4,059 nucleotides of DNA from a virus (lineage: Duplodnaviria; Heunggongvirae; Uroviricota; Caudoviricetes). The notes under the pieces were generated by a model, which was not told the DNA's origin, searched no databases, and saw nothing but the letters and a program-made list of their open reading frames with translations. This document shows, piece by piece, positions 1 to 4,059 of the stretch. A program made the position numbers and the translations under genes. The stretch lies in IMG/VR virus record IMGVR_UViG_2695420714_000014, one strand, 5' to 3'. The first letter of the stretch is position 1; the number at the start of each line of letters is the position of its first letter.

Positions 1-1
1 A

Positions 2-268
2 TACTCGAGGGAATTAGCCGATGCGAGAGCTGAAAATGAAACTCTGCGTGCTGATGTTGCCGCTGGTCGTAAGCGCCTGCGGATCAACGCCACCTGCTCC
101 GGTACCGTGCGTGAAGCCACCGGCACCTCCGGCGTGGATAATGCAACCGGCCCCCGACTGGCAGACACCGCTGAACGGGATTATTTCATCCTCAGAGAAC
201 GGCTGATGGCAATGCAGAAGCAACTGGAAGGAGCACAGGAATATATCCGTACCCAGTGTATACCGTGA
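2..268 (+). CDS. Rz: Rz i-spanin (inner-membrane spanin subunit), C-terminal fragment; 5' end lies outside the window
   Basis: Hand translation of the frame starting at position 2 gives ...LADARAENETLRADVAAGRKRLRINATCSGTVREATGTSGVDNATGPRLADTAERDYFILRERLMAMQKQLEGAQEYIRTQCIP*, stop TGA at 266-268. This closely matches my recollection of the lambda Rz C-terminus (...ADTAERDYFTLRERL..MQKQLEG.Q.YI..QC). Not in the ORF track because there is no in-window ATG start. Confidence 0.85.
   Translation, partial: YSRELADARAENETLRADVAAGRKRLRINATCSGTVREATGTSGVDNATGPRLADTAERDYFILRERLMAMQKQLEGAQEYIRTQCIP
21..206 (+). CDS. Rz1: Rz1 o-spanin (outer-membrane lipoprotein spanin subunit), nested in the +1 frame inside Rz
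   Basis: 61-aa ORF MRELKMKLCVLMLPLVVSACGSTPPAPVPCVKPPAPPAWIMQPAPDWQTPLNGIISSSENG. It has a signal peptide with a lipobox-like LVVSAC (Cys20) and a proline-rich mature part, and closely resembles recalled lambda Rz1 (..CVKPPPPPAWIMQPPPDWQTPLNGIIS..). GAGG at 7-10 is a plausible Shine-Dalgarno. The true start could instead be the internal Met at 36. Confidence 0.85.
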   Translation: MRELKMKLCVLMLPLVVSACGSTPPAPVPCVKPPAPPAWIMQPAPDWQTPLNGIISSSENG

Positions 269-589
269 TGTTTTGTTATGAAGGTGTTACTGGTAACGTT
301 AAGGTAATTTAACAAAGAGTCAGTTCCGGACTTTATAGTGTGCTCAGTTCATGGCCAAAAACGATTTCTGTGATAAATATTTTGAATATTATTTACAGGT
401 AAATGGAGTGGGGCACATGGATAGAAATATTACAATAGAGAATGAAGTATATGCCCGTATTGTATGGGCAGAGAAGGCAAAAACACGGTAATTCCGTGTG
501 TTGCCATGATACCTGATTGGCAGAATAGTTGTTTGGTTTTGAGTATATAGTCAGCGTTTTTTGTTCAGTAATTGCTCCCTCAAAAAATA

Positions 590-700
590 ATAAAATAAGG
601 TGATTATTTTTGTTTATTATTTAGTTTTTTTTGTGTGTTGTTTTATTGTTTTTGCGTGGTTTGTTTTTTATTGTTATTTCATTAAGGGAAGGTAAATTCA
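590..700. repeat. Phased T-tract, AT-rich low-complexity region upstream of the PerC-like gene
   Basis: Runs of T interspersed with G. Direct repeats ttgttttattgtt (638-650) and ttgttttttattgtt (661-675), with a related tttttgtttattattt at ~607-622. This composition is typical of intrinsically curved or H-NS-targeted DNA upstream of horizontally acquired genes. Confidence 0.5.
671..698 (+). promoter_or_regulatory. Candidate sigma70 promoter for the PerC-like gene (-35 TTGTTA at 671-676, 16-bp spacer, -10 TAAATT at 693-698)
   Basis: Hexamers each match consensus at 4 of 6 positions, with a T-rich UP-element-like tract upstream. The predicted transcript start is ~30 nt before the ATG at 734. 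Sequence-only prediction. Confidence 0.25.
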
Positions 701-733
701 GGATGGCAGTCTGTAGATAATCGGAGGTCACTT

Positions 734-1048
734 ATGCTACATGATCACGTGGCAGAATGTCTGGAGAAAAAAGGACTGTACCGGAGAGCAGCTGAACGAT
801 GGGCAAAAGTGATGGTACAGCTAAGTGATGACCAGAAAAGAAAAGTGGCGGCACAGAAACGAGCAGAGTGTTTGCGTAAGGCGCGCCGGACTCCGGTTTC
901 ACCGGTGAACCTGACCGAAATAAAACAAGCGGTCAACAGACTACATTCTGAGTTGGGAATGGGATTTGAAGAGCGGCGGGTATTCCGACGATATAAAGGG
1001 ACAGGAGAACAGAATACGTCCGGAAACGCGCGGTCAAAAAAATGCTAA
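734..1048 (+). CDS. PerC-family transcriptional regulator (Pch-like), 104 aa
   Basis: ORF MLHDHVAECLEKKGLYRRAAERWAKVMVQLSDDQKRKVAAQKRAECLRKARR... The N-terminal EKKGLYRRAAERW motif matches the conserved (E)EKGL(W/Y)RRAA.RW motif I recall for PerC of the EPEC EAF plasmid and the prophage-borne Pch homologues of EHEC. Strong RBS GGAGG at 723-727, 6 nt before the ATG. Size (104 aa) fits Pch-type proteins. Family assignment is from memory, not a search. Confidence 0.6.
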   Translation: MLHDHVAECLEKKGLYRRAAERWAKVMVQLSDDQKRKVAAQKRAECLRKARRTPVSPVNLTEIKQAVNRLHSELGMGFEERRVFRRYKGTGEQNTSGNARSKKC

Positions 1049-1084
1049 AAAATATCTGAGAGAGTTATTGCCTGTTACCATAAG

Positions 1085-1111
1085 AAAAAGCGACTTTAGT
1101 GGTCGCTTTTT
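1085..1111. terminator. Bidirectional rho-independent terminator between the convergent PerC-like and YlcI-like genes
   Basis: Perfect 10-bp inverted repeat aaaaagcgac (1085-1094) / gtcgcttttt (1102-1111) around a 7-nt loop. The GC core stem GCGAC/GUCGC is followed by a U-run on either strand. It lies 37 nt after the PerC-like stop and 19 nt after the YlcI-like stop. The GC stem is short, so strength is probably moderate. Confidence 0.5.
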
Positions 1112-1129
1112 GTGTCATATATAAGTCGT

Positions 1130-1354
1130 TTAAGTAAACCTGTCTGAACAGGTGCTCTGGTCGTGTTTGTCTTTGTTGGGTACAAATTGAGAATATTTTT
1201 CATTAATTAATCTTCTTCTGCAGGCTTCAATAACCCACGCTGAAAAATTACCTGAACCTTTCAGGTCAAGAGCGATGTTAATTTGTTCAATTATCTGGTT
1301 TGGAAATCGGATGTTGCGGGTTGTTGTTCTGCGGGTTCTGTTCTTTGATGACAT
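1130..1354 (-). CDS. YlcI/YnfO-family small protein (DUF3950), 74 aa
   Basis: ORF MSSKNRTRRTTTRNIRFPNQIIEQINIALDLKGSGNFSAWVIEACRRRLINEKYSQ... This resembles my recollection of E. coli K-12 DLP12 YlcI and Qin YnfO, which sit immediately upstream of the noh (Nu1-homologue) genes in the opposite orientation, exactly the arrangement here. Function unknown; the basic N-terminus followed by an IRFP beta-strand-like segment hints at a ribbon-helix-helix-like DNA binder (speculative). Confidence 0.65.
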   Translation of the reverse strand: MSSKNRTRRTTTRNIRFPNQIIEQINIALDLKGSGNFSAWVIEACRRRLINEKYSQFVPNKDKHDQSTCSDRFT

Positions 1355-1509
1355 AATGTTGCCCCGTATTCAGTGTTGCTGATTTGTATTATCTGAAGTT
1401 GCTTTTACGCTAATTTGATGCAGATCAATTAATACGATACCTGCGTAATAATTGATTATTTCTCGTGGTTTGATGGCGTACACACATGTCGTGATAAACC
1501 TCATGTAGA

Positions 1510-1524
1510 TGATAATTATTATCA
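1510..1524. promoter_or_regulatory. Perfect 7-1-7 palindrome TGATAAT-t-ATTATCA (Fur-box consensus) upstream of cosQ
   Basis: Bases 1510-1524 read tgataat t attatca, an exact match to the 7-1-7 Fur-box consensus TGATAATnATTATCA. The 17-bp span 1509-1525 is palindromic except for its central base. That the sequence matches is certain; that it is a functional Fur or other protein site is not. Confidence 0.3.
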
Positions 1525-1531
1525 TTTTCGT

Positions 1532-1538
1532 GGGTCCT
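1532..1538 (+). other. cosQ (terminase nicking-termination element)
   Basis: GGGTCCT lies 24-30 bp upstream of the cosN nick, the same sequence and offset I recall for lambda cosQ. The flanking sequence (gggtcctttccggcgatccgacaggttacg) matches my recollection of the lambda right end. Confidence 0.55.
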
Positions 1539-1556
1539 TTCCGGCGATCCGACAGG

Positions 1557-1578
1557 TTACGGGGCGGCGACCTCGCGG
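1557..1578. other. cosN (terminase nicking site), with the 12-nt cohesive end GGGCGGCGACCT at 1562-1573
   Basis: The sequence ...gacaggttacg|gggcggcgacct|cgcgg... matches the lambda cos junction as I recall it (right end ...GACAGGTTACG, left end GGGCGGCGACCTCGCGG...). Predicted nicks are top strand between 1561 and 1562, bottom strand between 1573 and 1574. The Nu1 start codon is 190 bp downstream of the left end, versus 191 in lambda. Confidence 0.85.
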
Positions 1579-1611
1579 TTTTTCACTATTTATGAAAATT
1601 TTTCAGGGAAA

Positions 1612-1725
1612 ATCGTGTCGGTACTTCTCGAATATAACTTTTTGTTTTTCTTTAATATTGCATCCGTAAAGGTCCGACATGAAAGTGTCCGAAAATGCCT
1701 TTTTCTGGCGTTTTCATGTCGGGCC
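1612..1725. promoter_or_regulatory. cosB-like terminase small-subunit binding region: three R-like repeats plus an I1-like AT-rich tract
   Basis: Related motifs at 1612-1622 (atcgtgtcggt, direct), 1671-1682 (ggtccgacatga, inverted) and 1714-1725 (tcatgtcgggcc, direct). The reverse complement of the middle site matches the third site at 11 of 12 positions. Offsets from the left genome end (~51, ~110, ~153) and the direct/inverted/direct pattern mirror lambda R3, R2 and R1. The AT tract 1631-1660 (aatataactttttgtttttctttaatattg) resembles the lambda I1 IHF-site region at the equivalent position. Confidence 0.6.
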
Positions 1726-1750
1726 TTGTATTTGATAATGGGTTGTTTTC

Positions 1751-2299
1751 ATGAAGGTTAATAAAAAGAGGCTTGCCGAAATTTTCAACGTGGACCCGCG
1801 GACGATTGAACGCTGGCAGTCTCAGGGACTCCCTTGCGCCTCCAAAGGTAGTAAGGGCATTGAATCTGTATTTGATACTGCCATGGCAATTCAGTGGTAT
1901 GCGCAGAGGGAAACTGATATCGAAAACGAAAAGCTCCGCAAAGAACTGGACGATTTGCGTGCGGCAGCGGAGTCAGATTTACAACCCGGCACCATTGACT
2001 ATGAACGCTACCGGCTCACAAAAGCGCAGGCAGATGCGCAGGAACTGAAAAATGCCCGTGAAGACGGAGTAGTGCTGGAAACTGAACTGTTTACCTTCAT
2101 TCTACAACGTGTGGCACAGGAGATTTCGGGGATACTTGTGCGTGTGCCGTTGACATTACAGCGTAAATATCCGGACATTTCACCATCACACCTTGATGTG
2201 GTGAAAACTGAAATCGCGAAAGCCTCCAATGTTTCAGCTAAGGCCGGTGAAAACGTGGGCGGGTGGATCGATGATTTCAGACGCGCAGAAGGCAGCTAA
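1751..2299 (+). CDS. nu1: Terminase small subunit Nu1 (gpNu1 homologue), 182 aa
   Basis: [106 protein letters not shown]... aligns along most of its length with recalled lambda gpNu1 (MEVNKKQLADIF...RTIQNWQEQGMP...KG.E...D.A..I.WYAERD.EIENEKLR...[29 protein letters not shown]...), including the N-terminal winged-HTH DNA-binding region. The C-terminal ~25 aa diverge from lambda. Confidence 0.95.
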   Translation: MKVNKKRLAEIFNVDPRTIERWQSQGLPCASKGSKGIESVFDTAMAIQWYAQRETDIENEKLRKELDDLRAAAESDLQPGTIDYERYRLTKAQADAQELKNAREDGVVLETELFTFILQRVAQEISGILVRVPLTLQRKYPDISPSHLDVVKTEIAKASNVSAKAGENVGGWIDDFRRAEGS

Positions 2300-4059
2300 T
2301 GCAGCCGGTGCGATAGCTACAGGGCTTTTATCTCTCATTATTCCTGTTCCACTGACGACAGTTCAGTGGGCCAATAAACATTATTACCTTCCTAAAGAGT
2401 CGTCTTATACCCCGGGGCGGTGGGAAACACTGCCGTTTCAGGTTGGCATCATGAACTGTATGGGCAACGATCTGATTCGCACGGTTAACCTGATTAAATC
2501 TGCCCGTGTTGGTTATACAAAGATGTTGCTGGGAGTGGAGGCTTATTTTATTGAGCATAAATCACGCAACAGCCTTCTTTTTCAGCCCACGGACTCAGCT
2601 GCTGAAGATTTTATGAAATCTCATGTTGAGCCAACGATAAGGGATGTTCCTGCATTGCTGGAGCTGGCTCCATGGTTCGGAAGAAAACACCGCGATAATA
2701 CGCTCACCCTGAAGCGTTTTTCCTCCGGTGTGGGTTTCTGGTGTCTGGGGGGAGCGGCAGCAAAAAACTACCGTGAAAAATCCGTGGATGTGGTTTGTTA
2801 TGACGAGCTTTCCTCGTTCGAACCGGATGTTGAAAAAGAGGGTTCGCCAACCCTGCTGGGGGATAAACGTATTGAGGGCTCTGTATGGCCAAAATCCATT
2901 CGCGGCTCGACGCCTAAAATCAAAGGCTCCTGCCAGATCGAAAAAGCCGCTAACGAGTCGGCACATTTCATGCGTTTTTATGTGCCCTGTCCGCACTGTG
3001 GGGAGGAGCAGTATCTGAAATTTGGCGATGATGCCTCGCCTTTCGGTCTTAAGTGGGAGAAGAATAAGCCAGAAAGTGTTTTCTACCTTTGTGAGCATCA
3101 TGGCTGTGTGATCCATCAGTCTGAGCTTGACCAGAGTAACGGGCGGTGGATCTGTGAAAACACGGGCATGTGGACCCGTGACGGCCTGATGTTTTTCAGC
3201 GCCCGGGGTGATGAAATTCCGCCGCCGCGCTCCATCACTTTCCATATCTGGACGGCGTACAGTCCGTTCACCACCTGGGTACAGATTGTCTATGACTGGC
3301 TGGATGCACTGAAAGATCCCAACGGCCTGAAAACCTTTGTGAACACCACGCTGGGCGAGACCTGGGAAGAGGCTGTGGGCGAAAAACTCGATCACCAGGT
3401 ACTGATGGATAAGGTTGTGCGTTACACGGCGGCGGTGCCTGCCCGGGTGGTTTATCTGACGGCGGGCATTGACTCGCAGCGAAACCGTTTTGAGATGTAT
3501 GTCTGGGGATGGGCTCCGGGAGAGGAAGCCTTTCTGGTGGATAAAATCATCATTATGGGGCGTCCCGATGAGGAAGAGACGCTGTTACGTGTGGATGCGG
3601 CGATCAACAAAAAATACCGCCATGCAGACGGAACCGAAATGACTATTTCCCGTGTCTGCTGGGACATCGGGGGGATCGATGGCGAAATCGTTTATCAGAG
3701 GTCAAAAAAACACGGTGTTTTCCGGGTGCTGCCGGTAAAAGGCGCATCTGTCTATGGCAAGCCGGTGATCACCATGCCAAAAACCCGCAATCAGCGGGGC
3801 GTGTATCTGTGTGAAGTGGGGACGGACACCGCAAAAGAAATTCTCTATGCCCGTATGAAAGCCGATCCCACGCCTGTGGATGAAGCCACGTCGTATGCCA
3901 TCCGTTTTCCTGATGATCCGGAGATTTTTTCGCAGACAGAGGCGCAGCAACTGGTCGCGGAAGAGCTTGTGGAGAAGTGGGAAAAAGGAAAGATGCGTCT
4001 GCTGTGGGATAACAAAAAGCGGCGTAACGAAGCGCTGGACTGCCTGGTGTATGCCTACG
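2271..4059 (+). CDS. A: Terminase large subunit A (gpA homologue), N-terminal 596 codons; 3' end lies outside the window
   Basis: Hand translation from ATG 2271 (frame 3) runs to the window end with no stop: [57 protein letters not shown]...[15 protein letters not shown]...VDVVCYDE...[26 protein letters not shown]...[14 protein letters not shown]...[17 protein letters not shown]...[12 protein letters not shown]...YLTAGIDSQ...[12 protein letters not shown]. It is collinear with recalled lambda gpA, and Y46, K76 and E179 fall at the same residue numbers as the lambda ATPase-centre residues. The start overlaps the nu1 stop by 29 bp, as in lambda (~26 bp). Not in the ORF track because it has no in-window stop. 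Confidence 0.95.
   Translation, partial: MISDAQKAANAAGAIATGLLSLIIPVPLTTVQWANKHYYLPKESSYTPGRWETLPFQVGIMNCMGNDLIRTVNLIKSARVGYTKMLLGVEAYFIEHKSRNSLLFQPTDSAAEDFMKSHVEPTIRDVPALLELAPWFGRKHRDNTLTLKRFSSGVGFWCLGGAAAKNYREKSVDVVCYDELSSFEPDVEKEGSPTLLGDKRIEGSVWPKSIRGSTPKIKGSCQIEKAANESAHFMRFYVPCPHCGEEQYLKFGDDASPFGLKWEKNKPESVFYLCEHHGCVIHQSELDQSNGRWICENTGMWTRDGLMFFSARGDEIPPPRSITFHIWTAYSPFTTWVQIVYDWLDALKDPNGLKTFVNTTLGETWEEAVGEKLDHQVLMDKVVRYTAAVPARVVYLTAGIDSQRNRFEMYVWGWAPGEEAFLVDKIIIMGRPDEEETLLRVDAAINKKYRHADGTEMTISRVCWDIGGIDGEIVYQRSKKHGVFRVLPVKGASVYGKPVITMPKTRNQRGVYLCEVGTDTAKEILYARMKADPTPVDEATSYAIRFPDDPEIFSQTEAQQLVAEELVEKWEKGKMRLLWDNKKRRNEALDCLVYAY

Noticed and set aside
14-223. 69-aa minus-strand ORF overlapping Rz/Rz1
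   Set aside because: Antisense to the Rz/Rz1 pair, both of which are supported by homology. The Gly/Ala-rich translation is the complement of the Pro-rich Rz1 region.
282-296. gttac-tg-gtaac hairpin after the Rz stop as a terminator
   Set aside because: A 2-nt loop is sterically implausible and there is no following U-run. Late transcripts must also read through to the terminase genes.
590-700. T-rich repeats as a CRISPR array or tandem satellite
   Set aside because: Irregular low-complexity T/G runs without repeat-spacer periodicity or an adjacent cas gene. Better explained as curved promoter-upstream DNA.
745-936. 63-aa minus-strand ORF antisense to the PerC-like gene
   Set aside because: The sense frame has the PerC motif and a strong RBS; the antisense ORF has neither.
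1085-1111. Hairpin as an attachment site or mobile-element inverted repeat
   Set aside because: A single short hairpin flanked by A and T runs between convergent genes fits an intrinsic terminator. No integrase, transposase or direct-repeat target duplication is present in the window.
734-1354. PerC-like plus YlcI-like as a toxin-antitoxin or two-gene defence module
   Set aside because: The genes are convergent with a terminator between them, not co-transcribed. Neither resembles a known toxin or nuclease, and both families are seen as independent prophage cargo.
1773-2229. ORFs 1773-2048 (+, alternative frame) and 2008-2229 (-) inside nu1
   Set aside because: Embedded in the strongly supported Nu1 frame; Arg/Ser-rich artefact translations.
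2595-3395. 266-aa ORF on the minus strand
   Set aside because: Lies entirely antisense to the terminase large-subunit gene, whose sense frame has clear collinear similarity to lambda gpA. The translation is low-complexity and Arg/Pro/Gly-rich, as expected from the antisense of a coding region, and has no recognisable motifs.
2328-3950. Other short ORFs overlapping gene A (minus 2328-2558, 2704-2892, 3452-3667, 3702-3950; plus 2728-3018 in an alternative frame)
   Set aside because: All are nested within or antisense to the well-supported gene A reading frame. No RBS, no homology signal, and compositions typical of out-of-frame artefacts.

Overview
This window is the late-region junction of a lambda-like (cos-type) phage or prophage, and I do not see a novel multi-gene system in it. 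Left to right: the 3' end of the i-spanin gene Rz with the o-spanin gene Rz1 nested out of frame inside it (2-268); an AT-rich, largely non-coding accessory ('moron') interval (269-1550) holding a PerC-family regulator gene on + (734-1048) and a convergent YlcI/YnfO-like DUF3950 gene on - (1130-1354) that share a bidirectional hairpin terminator; a complete cos site (cosQ 1532-1538, cosN with the lambda 12-nt cohesive end at 1562-1573, then a cosB with three R-like repeats and an I1-like AT tract); the small terminase subunit Nu1 (1751-2299); and the 5' ~93% of the large terminase subunit A (2271 to the window end), overlapping nu1 by 29 bp. Rz and A run off the window and are absent from the ORF track, which lists only complete ORFs; I translated both by hand. 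The points most worth a second look are the PerC-like regulator as phage cargo, a perfect Fur-box-consensus palindrome just upstream of cosQ, and cosB R-sites that keep lambda's layout but differ in sequence, alongside divergent Nu1/A specificity segments. Everything rests on reading the sequence and on recalled lambda biology; no database search was run.
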